Shown: piece after piece, positions 49,055-63,466 of the stretch
Layout: the number at the start of each line of letters is the position of its first letter
Numbering within the stretch: the stretch's first letter is position 1
DNA from: Octopus bimaculoides
Lineage: Eukaryota
Length of the DNA stretch: 64,000 bases
Assembly (NCBI RefSeq): GCF_001194135.2
Contig: NC_068991.1
Coordinates: forward strand, 52,613,497 to 52,677,496
Direction: 5' to 3'
Translations under genes and position numbers: made by a program
Notes under the pieces: model-generated
Told to the model about the DNA's origin: nothing
Databases searched by the model: none
Seen by the model: the letters and a program-made list of their open reading frames with translations, nothing else

Positions 49055-52000
49055 GTAAGTATTTGATTAAATTACCTTTCAAATTGAAAAATTATACTAG
49101 AATCATATTTATCTATATTAATAATCCATATAAAGACGTGTACAATTTATCATTTTACATTTTTCAATTATTTTATATTGGCAATCCAATCATAACAACC
49201 ACCATAGAAACTATTTGAGATATAATTATGTTGATGCGATGAAAAATTGATCTAGAATATTGTAGTGATGTTATAGAGAATAAAGGTAGATATGTGGTGG
49301 CTCAAAGTGTTGATAGGCAGGGGAGCTTCTGCCAGACTCTTCGCAGGCAATGAACACTGGTACAAATTCTTTTAGTTGGGTAACTACATGACTGTAGGTT
49401 GGGAAAGTATGTTGCATGCAAAGAAATTGAATAGAGTGGTTGAGGTAGTCAGAGTATGTAACAGAATAAATTTTAAATTAGGTGAGAAACAAAAGCAGTT
49501 GTTATATCTACTGAGACACCTCAGTCTGGATTGAGAGATGAGCAAAAGAACTATTTCTGTGACATCCGCTTATCATGGTTGGTGACTTTAATATACATGT
49601 TAGTACAAACATGGTAAAGTGGGCATAACAATGGTGATGACATTAGCAAATGTCATCATTATTGTGTGTGTGTGTGTTGTATATACACACTTGTTTATCT
49701 GCCTCTGTGTGTGTGTGTATGTATATATATAATTATTCAATATTAATAGTTTTGTATTAGAAAACTAATAGAATTTATACAAGGCTGTAATAAGAAGTGC
49801 TCAAACTAGTCGAGACAAAGTACAAAATTAATTGCAGAATAAAACCATTAGGTCATCGATTCAAAAAGCCACAATCCACCAATGACCACATATAGGAAGT
49901 ACAGCATAAACCACAAAACCAAAGTAGTAAAGGGGAGTAAAAATTTATACATAATAATAAAATCAATTAAAAATATAATAGAATAACGTAATTAAATAAA
50001 CTGCGATTAAAAAGTGATTAAAAATATTATAGAGCGGTACATATATAGTGGAATAAAAATATATATAGAGAGAGAAAAAATAATATAGAAAAAACAATAA
50101 AATAAAATAAATAAATAGGGAAACGTAGTAAAATAGTTCATTCGTTGAGACTAAAGGCTAATAAAAGAAGTTTAAGTTTAAATTGTACGAAAGTTCATTA
50201 CTTCCCTCAGGACAGCAAATTTAGCAGGCAAAATCCAATTTCGTAATTCATACACAGGAATACCGAAGTACACGGGACGACATAATAACACAACATCCAA
50301 TGTGTAACAAGGTAAAATCCATATTTCACCATCAACCTTATTTAAGTCCAAGAATATCAAGGCACACAAGTCGATACATTAAACCAACATCCAGCAGGTA
50401 ACATCGGTAAAATCAAACCCTAATTTAACATCATTTACAAAGGATTACAAAAATAGGTCGGACTACAAACACAAAACACCTATGGCCATTTCGATGTATA
50501 TATATATATGTGTAAATATATATATCATCATCATCGTTTAACGTCCGCTTTCCATGCTAGCANNNNNNNNNNNNNNNNNNNNNNNNNNNNNNNNNNNNNN
50601 NNNNNNNNNNNNNNNNNNNNNNNNNNNNNNNNNNNNNNNNNNNNNNNNNNNNNNNNNNNNNNTGGTTGGTAAGCAAGCTACTTACTACACAGCCACTCCT
50701 GCGCCTATATAAATATCTTGACCAAGAAAGACTGGTTTAGTGTACTTCTGTAAAAATATTGTTTTGTGTGTGATTTTTTTGCATGAGTTGGACAGGTTTG
50801 ACAAGTATCATGTCATGCTTTTTCATCATGTGACACCTACAGCAACAGAAAAAAATAATAAAACAACCAACTTCTCTGTTGTTAAGTACATAATGTTATT
50901 TTTAGCATGTCTCACTTTGCTCCAGTCCACTCAGATGGCAAAAATGAGTAGTGCCTGTATTTCAAAGGGCTTGCCTTGTCTTATTCTGAGTCATGCTGAA
51001 TCTCCCTGAGAATTGAATTAAGGGTATGCATATCTGGATTGTGCTCAGCCACTTGCACACTAATTTCACAAGCATGCTGTTCCGTTGATTAGATCAACTG
51101 GAATCCTCATCATCGTGACTGACAGAGTGCCAGTTAGAGCTAGCTGGATGTGCTTTTTGCTACCAACCATTCCACAGCATCAATACTTTTTATCATGCCA
51201 CTGAAACTAGAGAAATTGTTTGATGTAGAACTCAACTATTCTCTTTGATATGTGTTCCTTTCTTTCTCCTTTTGGCAAGTTTTTTTACAACTTGATTCCT
51301 CTCCTATCACAACCATTTTATATAACATTGATTGAATGTATTTTATTATGCCACATGTACTTGAGGAATTGTCTTCTGTGAGATTGAAGAGCCCCACTTC
51401 CAAACCTCTTTGGCATAGTTTTTATCTTTAGACACCCATTCTGTTGCCAGCCTCATTGTTGACCGGGTTAATTTTATCAGACCACCACTAGCACTAGAGT
51501 GTTTTGCTAGGGGCTAGACTAAGCATCTCTTATTTTGCATTAATCTTTCAGTTGAAGGGCCATTTATTGCTCTGACAAAGGGAAGATGTTTAGCTACCAA
51601 TGGGCTGATAGTAGTAGTCTGAAACTACTGTGTATAAAATGCTGCTTCCATAATGTAGGTAGACAGGATATGGTTTATAGATGCAATCTACAAATGAAAT
51701 TTGTCTCACTGACATTACATAGTTTAGTTGTGAAGGGAGTATATATTGATAGAATTTAAAGAAATTAGTGGTAGGTGTAGAGGGGTGTATGGAAATATAA
51801 AATAAATGGTTCTGTTTCTATAATTTATAAACTAAAACTTTATGTTCATGACTCAAATTCATTTAAACAAAATTTACATATTTCATAATCTTGACTTTGA
51901 ATATCTAAGAATTGTTAGAAATATTGATGAAGTAAATTAGAAATAATGATAAGAATGGTTAATTATTTCAACTAAGTCCTTTCGCCCCTCATTCCATGCT

Positions 52001-52252
52001 TTTTCTTCTCATATAATATCCAAGAGTGTTGGCATGTGGCCTAGGGGTGAGGGTGTTGCTCTTATGATTGCAAGACTGTTGGTTTGATTCCCTGACTGGG
52101 TTGCGCATTATAATCTTGAGAAAAACACTTCATCTTATGTTACTCTGCAATTACTTTGACATCTGATGCGTGACACAGTGTGAACAGGTACATGCATTGT
52201 TGATTTGATGGAGGGAGTGAGCTAATGTACAGCACAAACATTTGATCATTAT

Positions 52253-53479
52253 AACAGGGTACTGTAAAGTTCCTGGCTTTAAGGGATGCATGGAAGGATA
52301 GAGCTGTACCCTTTACAGGGGAGATAGGACAATTATTTTGAAGATATGCAAAAAAAACCATGATGATATACAACATTTCTCTTTTTTGCAGATTTAATAC
52401 ATGATGACAGCTCTTACAGAGGATTTTGGTAAAAATTGAAGCACAGGCGGTCAGGAAGTTCCTCTTTTTTGCAAAGTAAAAGAGCAGCAGCAATCCATGG
52501 CAAGATAAAATAAGTCTTGACAGATGGCTGCCCATCTTACTCCACAGTGAAAATCTGGGTGTCAAAAGTTTGGGACTGGTCATTTCAATGTCACAGATAT
52601 CCCTGATCAGGATGGCCATCTTCTGCGACCACAGAGGACAAAGCCAACACTGTGCATGTCATGATTCTTGGGGATTTCAGCTAAAATCACAGATGAGACT
52701 AGAAATTTCCAGGGAAAGTGTTGGCGACATCATCCACAACATTCTAGACATGAGAAAGCTTTCTGCAAAATGGGTGCCAAAATGCCTGAATGCAAATCAG
52801 AAGTGCATCAGAGTGACAACATCAAAGGTGATTTTGGACTGGTTTGCAGTTGGAGAGGCTGATTTTATGGCTCAGTCAGTTGCCATAGATGAAACTTGGC
52901 TTCATCATTATGATCCCCAGACCAAGCAGCAATTAATGGAGTGGCACCACAGTGGTTCACCACATCCCAGGAAAGATTCTGGCCTCAGTATTCTGGGACA
53001 AAGATGGAATACTCCTCACAAAATACCTGCCAAAGGGTTGTACTATCAATACTGAATACTTCATACCTCTGCTGGATGAACTGCATAAAGCTTTGAAGCA
53101 AAAATGCTGTGGAAAGCTGAGCTGTGGTGTCGTTTTTGCAGGACAATGCACCAGCACACACAGCACATGAAAATCTACAGGCAATATTTGACTTTGGCCT
53201 TGAATTAGTAGACCACCCATCTTGCTCTCCTGATCTGGCTCCCTCCAACTATTGTCTCTTTCTACAACTGAAGAAACATTTCAGTGGAATGAAATTTCAC
53301 TCTGATTTGGAAGTGATCACTGCTATAGAACTCTGGTTGGAGGCCCAACCTTCCTAGTTCTTTTTACAGGGCATAGAAAAACTGAAGAACTGTTGCAATA
53401 AGTGTGAATCTGAGAAGGGAATCATAATTAACTGATCCTTCAAACTGATCCAAAGCATGGAATCTTTCAGCACTCCTTG
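52253..53479 (+). mobile_element. Mariner element inserted into a SINE
   Basis: Imperfect TIRs (ACAGGGTACTGTAAAGTTCCTGGCTT / AAGCATGGAATCTTTCAGCACTCCTTG), TA ends; KWVPKCL, AIDETW, QDNAPAH and HPSCSPDLAPSNY motifs. Confidence 0.92.
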
Positions 53480-53622
53480 TATAAACAAATCATCTGTGCT
53501 GCTTTTTCAGCAACAAATTACAGGACCCTCATCTCTCATTCACATTCAAAAACCATTGATGATGTAAAAATTAGTTTTCTCTAATGTCAATGGATATCAA
53601 AGAAATACTTTCAATGTTTCAG

Positions 53623-53751
53623 GTTGTAATGCGAATTTGGAAGTCTTCAAGCCTTTTTCTGATGGAAAGTTCCCAGAAAAGCCGAAGATTCTTCAACTAA
53701 CAGACTTCCTGCAAAATGGGAAAAAAGGAATAAAAGCTGTGTGGAGTGCAA
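53623..53751 (+). CDS. IL-17R-like exon CNANLEVFKPFSDGKFPEKPKILQLTDFLQNGKKGIKAVWSA
   Basis: gtttcag| and A|gtaaga, phase 1-1, open frame; V-W-S start of an FnIII-like strand. Confidence 0.85.
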
Positions 53752-54129
53752 GTAAGAAAATTTCTCTTAAATTCTATATGCCATTATGATCTAATTGAAT
53801 GGTGCATATCCATTAACAAATGGTTAATGCATAGACAAAGATTCCATTTCTTAAAGCAAACTAAGAAATTTAGTTTTTACATAGATTCTGTACTATTATA
53901 TCAGATCTAGTTTTTAAGATGTGAATATTGTGATATTTTATCAGTTGATATTGTATAACGTTTAATTTTAATACTCTGTACCATATTCTGTGACCTGAAG
54001 AATAAGACAAAGAGCTATATAAAAAAAAGGAATGTCATAAATTCATGCTGCTTCTTCTTGTTATAAATATGTAAAAGACTAAAGGTAGAAAATAAAAAAA
54101 TATATAGTGAGTTTGAGACTCGGTCTCAA

Positions 54130-54490
54130 TACCTGACCCTTTTGTTTATGCGTTGTGGATACCTCTCTACTCTTGGACTTCTTCTCCCGCACCTCATCTA
54201 ATCTGGTATATTGCATTCAATGTACCCTTTGTAATTGTGTACATGTTGGTCATTTGGGCCATCGGCTAGCCAACCAATTCATTGAACACTTAGGGGATGT
54301 CTGCCTGCAGAAAAATACTGCCGTTGCCTGTCATTTTTGCTCCACTGGCCACTCCACCTCACACCTCACTGTTTTTTGGCATGGCCTTGCACTAAGAATC
54401 CACCAACACCATATTTCACTTTGAACAGTGCTACATCTTCACTCTCCAAGCCCAAACTCCATTTGGACTAAACACGACCCCCTTCACCCA
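54130..54490 (+). mobile_element. Penelope-like element GIY-YIG endonuclease remnant
   Basis: SSNLVYCIQCTLCNCVHVGHLGHRLANQFIEHL...VACHF...GHS matches the PLE GIY-YIG (VY-YIG, CxxC, EH) pattern. Confidence 0.8.
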
Positions 54491-55439
54491 GTGACATCTT
54501 CCACACACATTTTCTAAAAAATCTATTTTTAATTTTCAAAAATTTATTTTTATTTTTATTTTTTTATCCATTTCACACACCCATATACATAGCTGGCACC
54601 CCCCACATAATACATACATACATACAATACATGCACACATCCATGTTTACATATGCTGACATGTACAAAAAGGAACCCTTCACACACAAGCACATGCACA
54701 CTTGTACACGCATGCATGCACAGACATACACACAACCACACATATGCACACACCTACACACATGCCCTCATGCTCATATACATACCTGCACATGCCCCGC
54801 GCACATACACACATACACACACACACAGCAACATCAATGTACTCATACACTTGTTACCTTGCCTCTCACATGCATGCACACTCACACATGTCCACACATG
54901 CCCTCAATGACACTCATACGCACACGTGCACACAGTCACATTATCACACCTTCATATGCACACATGCAAACACATGTCAACACTCATACACTCCTCACTT
55001 CCTCTCTTGCCTCTCACCACCAAATTAAACGCTAGCTCCTAATCTGTTCATTGATTTGACATCACACCACACCCCTATGCATACATCAAATACAAACACA
55101 CATGCACACGGATACTACCATACACACACTGGCCATGATTGCACTCGCCTGTCCCAAAAACCACTTTCTTCCCACATCTGGTTACTTCAGAACATGTAAC
55201 CACATGTGCTGTTTGTAGACTTTTTTTCCTTCTCTAGACTTTTTCCTTCTTCCTCTTTCTGACAGAGCTATGCTTGAGGTGTTCAGAACCCACTCTTTTT
55301 TCCAATTTTACTGAGTGTCAATTTAATAAATTCCTTATGTATGTCCTTTTGTTGTTTTGTTATTGTTATTTTTAATGTTTGATCATTAATGTTTAACATG
55401 TAATGTTTGATTTGACTATATTTATATTTGTTTTCGTAG

Positions 55440-55552
55440 ATTTTACCCGTTTAAAAGGATTTAGAATTGAATATGAGTTTCAAGATTCTAGTAAAAACAT
55501 CTGTAGAATTTTGGACTTTTCTAAATCTCTGAAGAACAAATCCATTAGTAAT
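55440..55552 (+). CDS. IL-17R-like exon (N)FTRLKGFRIEYEFQDSSKNICRILDFSKSLKNKSISN
   Basis: ttttcgtag| and |gtgagt, phase 1-0; LKGFR..E...S...C..L resembles IL17RD/Sef [21 protein letters not shown]. Confidence 0.88.
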
Positions 55553-57171
55553 GTGAGTACAATTTCTATCTTTAAAGAATCTTTCTTGAACCCCAAGAAG
55601 ATGGTCATCTACATGGAATATGTTACTGATCCTGCATGTTCTATTGATTTGCTGGAGATGAAGTTATTTTTTAGCCCTGATCAAGATAACCTTTGATCAG
55701 AGATACATCAGTCTTGACCACCTTGTATTTCATTCATACAGAGTGTTTTTAGGGATACATTTACAAATACCTTCATTTTAGAAACAGGATGGGAAGTGAT
55801 TTTGAAGGAGATTTAACTGTTATATCTAGTAGGTTAAACAACCATTTAGAAGTTCTCTCATTGAGTTGGTGAAGTTGAAGTATTCGGTGGCATTGAACTA
55901 AATTTTAAGGTTGATTATAAAGATGATGTTAGAGAAAAAAGAACCAACGTGGACTCTTGGAGTGAAAGTTCTATTTTGAGTGTTGCTGGAGGAAGGGAGT
56001 TCTGACGAAATAGTTTGGTAAATATTTTGTTGCTATTATGTTAAACTATGTTAAAATTTATGTTAAAAGTATATCCAAATTTGGCCAAATGTGGGTTTTT
56101 TTTTCCAATATTCAATTTTGCTTGCAGTAGCCGGTTCTTTTGGTTAAACTATTGTATCTCCAGCTGCTTTAGATGCCAAGATATGAAAATTGTCAAAGTA
56201 TAGTACAATGGTTTGCAAACAGTTTTGTAAAAAAATTTCTGACTGAAAATATCATACATGCATGAAGTTATGATTTTATGCACCTAACAAAGTATTATTG
56301 TAAAGCTGAAACTGTTGCTAATGTAAAAAGAAATGAAGCAATGAAACTATTTTCTTGTTTACTGAAAAAGCAATGTTTTGGATCTATGACACTTTTGCAT
56401 AATAGCAGTGATTTGTTCCTTTTGAAGGCAAAATTGGAAAATTAAAGAAAGATGTGAATGTTTTTTGGTTTGGACTGTAGAAAGTAGTAGTTGTTGAGCA
56501 TTGAAGGTTATAAAGGAGCTAATGAAGAAGAAAATTTCCTCATCAAGTTTACACATGTGTAATATGTATGTAATGGCTCTGCTTCGTAGCTATGACTTAG
56601 TGAAGACTAACATCAACAACAGTAAACATGTCTAAAGAAGAATTATCACATTTCCTTGTATCTAAAATAGTAGGCATTCCTTGCTATATAAATGGTAGTC
56701 AGAGATATTGAAAAAAGGTGATTGTGAATTTAATGTTTAATTTGTGATGAGAAAAGTAATTGAGATAGAAATGAGGAGGATCAGTGAGGTTCTAGTGTAC
56801 ACAAATAAAATTCTGAATGTTGTTGATAATGATGAATGTCAATGAAGGTGAGAAGTGCAAGAAGCTCTGGTCTAAGATATTAAAATTCCTGCAAAATATG
56901 TGTAGTCACTTCAAATGATATCTATATTAATATAAAAGGACCAAAAAAGAATTGTTTACATAATTCTTGTGGAAGAAGCTTGCAGTAAAATATTCTTAAT
57001 GACAATTAGATTAAAACAATGAAAAATGTATTGAAGCGGTAAGAGTAAAATAGCTGAGTGTTTTTTTTTTGTTTTTTTTTTAAGTTTAAAATTATTGTTG
57101 TAACATGCAATTGAACTGAACAATATTTTATTCCATTATTTTGATGAAATTTTTAAAAAATATATTTGCAG

Positions 57172-57289
57172 TATAACTTTGAGTTTGAAATATATCCTAT
57201 GAGAAAGAATAGAATATATTTGGTTCATCTTTACTCATTGCCGGAATCTGGAAACAATTATCTTCCTGCTCGGAAAGTTGATACATTCA
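57172..57289 (+). CDS. IL-17R-like exon YNFEFEIYPMRKNRIYLVHLYSLPESGNNYLPARKVDTF
   Basis: tttgcag| and A|gtaagg, phase 0-1; Y.V.+.SLP FnIII strand F/G motif of IL-17Rs. Confidence 0.88.
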
Positions 57290-58449
57290 GTAAGGAACCT
57301 GAAATTATTATTTATTTATTTAAAATCTTGGAGGAAACTGGTGGTGGTATCATCATCATCATCTTCACCACCACCACCACCACCACCCTCATAACAACAA
57401 TCATGATCTTGGAGTGGGATGTATGACCAGAGTCATCAGTTCTTATGAGGAATTTCTCTCTCTTAAACAGGCTAGGAACCATTTCACATCATGTCTCATT
57501 TGATTTTTGACATGGTTTCATTGCTCTCCTGAATGCCAACAACTTTACAGAATGTGCTGGTACCTTTTATCATAGTACCAACACTAGGCAGGTTGTCATA
57601 TCTTTGGTAAGACTAAAGAATTACCTGTATGCTCTCTATATTTACTCCAGACATTGTGACCAAGAAAAGAGAGATAACAGAAACAGAACCAGGGTAAGGG
57701 AGTAAAAGAAAAGTAAGATGGAAGTAGAGAGTGATATAAGAGAGAGAGAGAGAGGAGGCATGAAACATTGTGTAATGGAAAGGAGATTGAATAGAAAAAT
57801 ATTATGAATGGCATGATAGAAAAAATAAGTGTGATAGGCAGGAGACAGTTTCTGTTCTTTCACTATATTAACCCGCATAAGTGGTCTTACAAGTGATAGG
57901 ACGGAGAGTGAGTGATAGGTGAGAGGATAATGAGAAAGAATGCAATAAGAAGGAAATTTAAGAAAATAATGGAGAAGAGATCTAAACACAGATATTATAC
58001 AACCATGCCATCTTATTGTTCAATTTGCTCTGCTTTTATGGATGGCTGCATTGATCTTCCTCAACATCATGTGTTGCTACTCATAGTTTTTTGTTATCTT
58101 TTCCATGAGATTCTACCCCTTTAGATCAGTGTTCACCTCTTTGTTCCATGTCATTCTTAGTCTAATCCTAATTTCCTTCACAAACACCAGATTACATGGG
58201 ACTCCATTCACTTTGACTCCTTGGTACTTCTTTATGCAACTGACATCTTTCATATGCATCACATATCCATAGCAGCACAGTTTTCTCTCTTACACAGAAC
58301 AATTTGTATCCAGCTTTACTCTCAGCTCATTTATGCTTTGTTTGTCATGCACACTAAACATTACACATACATTGGAGCATGCTTATTTTTTTTTTTTCTA
58401 CCCTTTGCAAACCTTTTGCATTCAAGCCCAAAATAACTGGAAGCTGACT

Positions 58450-59340
58450 GGAAGTTTCTAAAAGACAATACACTGGTGGCTACAAACCTTATATGTGGCT
58501 ATCTGCTAGAATCCTGTACTAGCCACAGATCTGAAATGCTGATTAATGAGGTAATAGAGGGAAATGTAATACATAATGACTGGTTTTTGGAGTATCATCA
58601 TTATCATCAATATGGGTTAAGTAGATGTACTAGAGAGAGAAAACTACTGAAGAATTAAGCTGATAGACCAAGTTATGAAAGTTACTGAATGATTTCTAGC
58701 ACATTTAAAAAGAGAATTAGCCGAGGTGAGATACAGTTCAGCTCTGTGTCAAGAAAAGGAACTACTGGTACCTCCATCTTCTTAGTGAAGCAACTCAGGA
58801 GAAATATTTAGGTTAGAGTTAGACAATTAACATAGCTTCTGCTGACCCAAAGAAGGTTTTAGACAGGATTCTGTGCTCTAGTTGGTACTAAGGAAGCTAG
58901 TGGCTGATAAATGTGTTGTGAGGGTTGTACAAACCATACACAGAAGGGTAATCAGCAAGGTGAGAGTCTGTGATGAATTCAACAGACTGGTGTGTATCTG
59001 TCAGGGCTCAATTATCAGCCCCTCCTTATAGATGTTCAGGCTGTATCTGAGGAGTTAAAGACTGGCTGTTCATGGCACTTCCTGTATGTTGTGATAGTTC
59101 TTATTAGTTGGAGATAGATTTTAAAAATTCCAGAAAGAGAAGCAAAATTCTGGTATTGAAAAGCCTGAAAGTGAACTTGGTAAAAGACTAAAGTTTTAGC
59201 AAGTAGGAAATACACTCTGATACCATCAAGAAAATGACTGTATTTGATATACAGAAAAAGAATATGCAGAAATTTCATATAGCACACCCAATGTAAACTA
59301 TGGAGATAAAACAAGTGGACTTCATATGCACAAGAGAAGT
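58450..59340 (+). mobile_element. Decayed RTE reverse-transcriptase fragment
   Basis: Degenerate QGS.ISPLL, LYxDDL-like and LKVNLVKTKV motifs with stops. Confidence 0.6.
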
Positions 59341-60138
59341 CTGCAGTTAGAGCTTATGTAATATAATGTCTTTTAAATGCTCAGAAAACCTCTTAGTTAA
59401 TAGTTAGTGTTACCTAGTTGACCTAATTTGTTGTGTAAATGGGTCTTCCAAAAGCATAGAAGCTGTTGGAAGAATGAGGAGGCAAACGTTGTCATTGATG
59501 ATAATGTTGAAATGAAAGGTTAAAAATTATTTGTTTATTTCTGTATTTTAATATTGATGTGTAACTGGAGTATATATGTAGCCAGTATTATTAGTTTCAA
59601 ATTTTGCCGCAAAGTCTGCAAGTTTTGGGGAAGGATATGTCAATTATATTGACCTCAGTACTCAAAAAGTACTTTTTTTTAAAATCAGAATTCTGCCAGC
59701 TCACCACCTTATGTAGCCAGTAATATTGGTATTCACATGTTTTTACTAAAATTGATGTATATTCGATGGAAGAGCATTGAAGCTGATTTCTTAACTCCTA
59801 TCTAATTGCACAGAATTATATTAATAGGAAGAATGACTTCTTTCTGCTGTTAATGATTCTAAACATTCATGGACATTTCTGCTGCAAGTTTCTGACATGT
59901 GAGAGAGCATGTTGACCTCTACTGTTAAATATGAAATTTGGTAATAAAGGTATTGAAGCTTGTTGGTGGGAATGACTCTTGTAATATTGTGGGAACAACA
60001 ATCATTCAGATATTGACATGAAAATTATAACCTTAAATATTTTCTGCTTAAATTTAGTCAGCCTTGGCCTATTTTAACAACATTTACTATCTGTGTAATG
60101 TTTATGTTCACATAAATGGTTTCCCTTTACTTTTGCAG

Positions 60139-60302
60139 TGTGTCGTGAATGGACAACCCCAATAGATTATAGACTAAAAGAGGACAAGTTAATTGTGGAT
60201 TTTGAACAAGGACCTTCAAAGTGTAATATAAAAATGTATAAAGTAGCACTTCATTATACAAATTCAACCATTTTAAATATGGTGGCTGTCAATTCTTCCA
60301 AG
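60139..60302 (+). CDS. IL-17R-like exon (M)CREWTTPIDYRLKEDKLIVDFEQGPSKCNIKMYKVALHYTNSTILNMVAVNSSK
   Basis: ttttgcag| and AAG|gtttgt, phase 1-0; C..W...L.V.F..GP....Y.V pattern of the second IL-17R FnIII domain. Confidence 0.88.
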
Positions 60303-60608
60303 GTTTGTCAAATTTCACCCTTTCAGTGATTTTAATATTTCTCTAATTCTCAATAATAAATAAAGAAAACGTTTCTTCTTTTTCAAGTCTTTATTTCCCT
60401 ATCTTGATTCTTATCCATTTAGTTTTAAATAAAACTTATTCCCTTGCATTGTTTTACTGATTTATCTTGGTAAATTATTTTTGACTATATTGATGTTAGT
60501 TATTTTGTAATAACTATAGTAAATGTAACTTTGCTTCAATAGTCTCCATTGTCTTGTACTCTACACAGTTTTGTTATTTTCAGTAAATTGCAGCCACAAA
60601 ACTAAGCA

Positions 60609-63009
60609 TAGTGGTACCTTGACTTACGAGTATCCCAACTAATGAGTTTTTAGAGATATGAGCTATCTCTCAGCTAATCTTTTGCTTTGAGATGCAAGCT
60701 AAAATTCAGGTTATGAGCCAACTTCATATACCCCACCACTAGTTGGCATAGCAAACGCCACAGTGAATGCTGTAACATCCACCCAGCATCCCGTGTCTTA
60801 CTCACTAGCTAGACAGATATACACGTTAGCAAGTGCAAAGATCGTTAGTGGGTCGTTAATTACATGGGTGTTAAAATGCTCACTTAGTTGTTGCAGGCTA
60901 CAGAAGCATCAGTGTTGCTTGCAATTGTGCTTGCAGTTATTTTGCAAAACTTTGTTTTTCCAACCATGGGTCTGAAAAAAGTGAGTGCAAAGGACAGTGG
61001 TGAGAAGCAGATGATGTGCATTGAATTAAAGAAAGAAATTATCAAAAAAACATGACCAAGGTGTGCATGTATTGACATGGCGAAACAGTACAAGCATAGC
61101 ATTTCTATGATTTTCACCATACTGAAGCAGAAGGAGTCAATAAAGGCTATAATGCCAGTCAAGGGCATTAAAATAATTTCTAAAAAGCTAATGTCTATCC
61201 ATGAAAATATGGAGAAGCTGCTGACCGTGTGGTTGACGAAGAAGCAGCTCGCAGGAGATACCATGATGGAGGGTATAATCTGTGAGAACGTACAAGCTAT
61301 TTACATTAATTTGCTGCAGCAGACCCCAGGCACTTGTATGGACAAGGTATTGAGCAAGCCATTTAAAGGTAGTAGGGGCTGGTTGGAGAATTTTAAAAAG
61401 AGGACCAGCATCCACTCCCTGTTCAGGCATGGTGAGGCAGCGAGAGTGGATATGTAGGTAGCTAAGGATTACCTCAAAACTTTTGCCAGAATTATAGTAG
61501 TTGAAAGATACATCCCCCAGCAAGTCTTCAACTGTGACAAGACAGGACTTTTTTGGAAGAAGATGCCAAGGAGGACTTATATAACGGTAGAGGAGAAGCA
61601 GATGCAAGGCCACAAACCCACGAAAGATAGGCTAACCCTTGCACTGTGCACCGATGCAAGCAGCGACTGCAAGATTAAGCCACTGCTTGCTTATCGTTCG
61701 CAAAACCCCAGAACCATTAAGTCACATAAGATTCTGAAAGAAAAACTGCAGGTTATGTGGAAGGCAAATCTAAGGGTGTGGGTCACCAGGTAGTTCTCTG
61801 TGGAATGGGTGAATTTGGTCTTTGATCCTGGCATTAAGAAATATCTCCAGGAAAATAACCTACCCTTGCAAGCCCTTCTTGTCCTGGACAATGCACCTGC
61901 TCACCCACCTAACCTCGAAGATGACATCCTCGAAGGGTTCAAGTTTGTGAAAGTTCTCTACCGTCCACCCAACACCATCCCTATCCTGCAGCCCATGGAC
62001 CAGCAGGAGATTTCTAATTTCAAGAAACTCTTCAAGCACTTCGAGGATGCCACTGCTTTAAGGTGACAGAGAGTACAAACCTCACCCTTCGAGAGTTCTG
62101 GAAGGACCACTATAACATCGTGATATGCCTCAGAACTAATGATATGGCCTGGCAGGGTGTTACAAAGAGGACCTTGACCTCTGTGTGAAAGAAGCTGTGA
62201 ACTGAGGTTGTGTCTGAAACGGACTTTGTAAGGCTTGAACCCGAAGCGGCAGTGATAGAGGAGATTGTATCCCTTGGCAAGTCCATGGGCCTGGACATGG
62301 ATGAAGGTGACATCAATGAGCTCATTGAGGAGCATTCCAAGGAACTGACAATGGAAGGGCTAAAGGAACTACAGATACAGCAACGTACGGAGGTTTTGCA
62401 GGAAATAGATGATGCGAAGGAGACGGAGGAGATTATCTCTACAAATATGAAAAAGGAAATGTTGAGAATGTGTGAGAAACTTTCAGACTTTATTCAAAAG
62501 AAATGCCCAGAAAAAGTTGCATTTGGGCGTACAACAACACTATTTAATGACACTTGCCTAACTCATTTCTGAAATACTCTGAAAGTGAGGATGAAACAGA
62601 CCTTATTGGACAGGTTTTTATCGAAAACTCCTGCAGATGAAAGTGAGGAAAGCATGGTGAAAAAGGCAAAAATGAGCGAATAAGATTCAGGTATTCAGTT
62701 CAGCCTTTCTCCTCTACCTCTGTCAGCATCCTCCAAGTTGTCTGATCTCCAAAGTAAATGTTGTACATGATACTTAATAAAATCAGTTTATTGCAGTACA
62801 TGCTATTGTATTGTTTTTTTATACAATAATCGTTATTTATAAGTACATTTTTTGTATTTAAAAACATGTTGCATAAAAAATTGTGTTTTTTGTGGGGCCG
62901 GGAAAGGATTAATAGCATTTCAGTTGAGAAATTTGATTTGACATACGAGTAATTTGAGTTATGAGCCCAGTCACGGAATGAATTAAACTTGTAGGTCAAG
63001 GTACCACTG
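60609..63009 (+). mobile_element. Tigger/pogo DNA transposon, near full-length, decayed
   Basis: TIRs (C/T)AGTGGTACCTTGACTTAC / GTAGGTCAAGGTACCACTG-TA; FKGSRGWLENFKKR, FNCDKTGLFWKKMPRRT, LVLDNAPAHP and QPMDQ motifs; in-frame stops. Confidence 0.95.
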
Positions 63010-63406
63010 TATTTAAATTGTCTTTCTATTTTTCTATCAGATCTAGGTCTGGCTATAAAACAAAACAAAGAAAATTAGTTTGTGGCTATTTTGTTTTAGA
63101 TGATGTAATTATGTAAAGAATAATTCTTTTGGGTATATCAATACTATTGCTAAAACAAACTTTTTTTTTCCTACTATTAAATGAATAATAATTTTTGTCT
63201 TGACTAAAAATTAATTTTAACCATTGAATTCGGTAAAATATAAATCATTTTACCTAATTTAATGGCACCAGAATTATTGGTGTATCTATAAATTTTATTT
63301 TATAGTTACACCAGGTTTCAAAGATATCTCTGAGAATTATAGATTTACTTTGAAAAATATTCAGAGTCAAATTTACAAATTTGTTTTCTTTTTTTTTTTT
63401 TTTCAG

Positions 63407-63466
63407 ACAACCTCAAGATTAACCCATGACTTTCTTGGAATATGTCCTGGAAGCTACTACATAACT
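63407..63466 (+). CDS. IL-17R-like exon TTSRLTHDFLGICPGSYYIT (gene continues past the window)
   Basis: poly-T ttcag| and |gtaagt, phase 0-0; F...PG.Y.I FnIII motif; the seven exons sum to 705 nt, in frame. Confidence 0.85.

Noticed and set aside
54556-55035. His/Thr- or Cys/Val-rich ORFs; similar cases at 42259-42596 and 14619-15186
   Set aside because: Translations of (CA)n/(TA)n low-complexity DNA or pyrimidine-rich decayed LINE sequence
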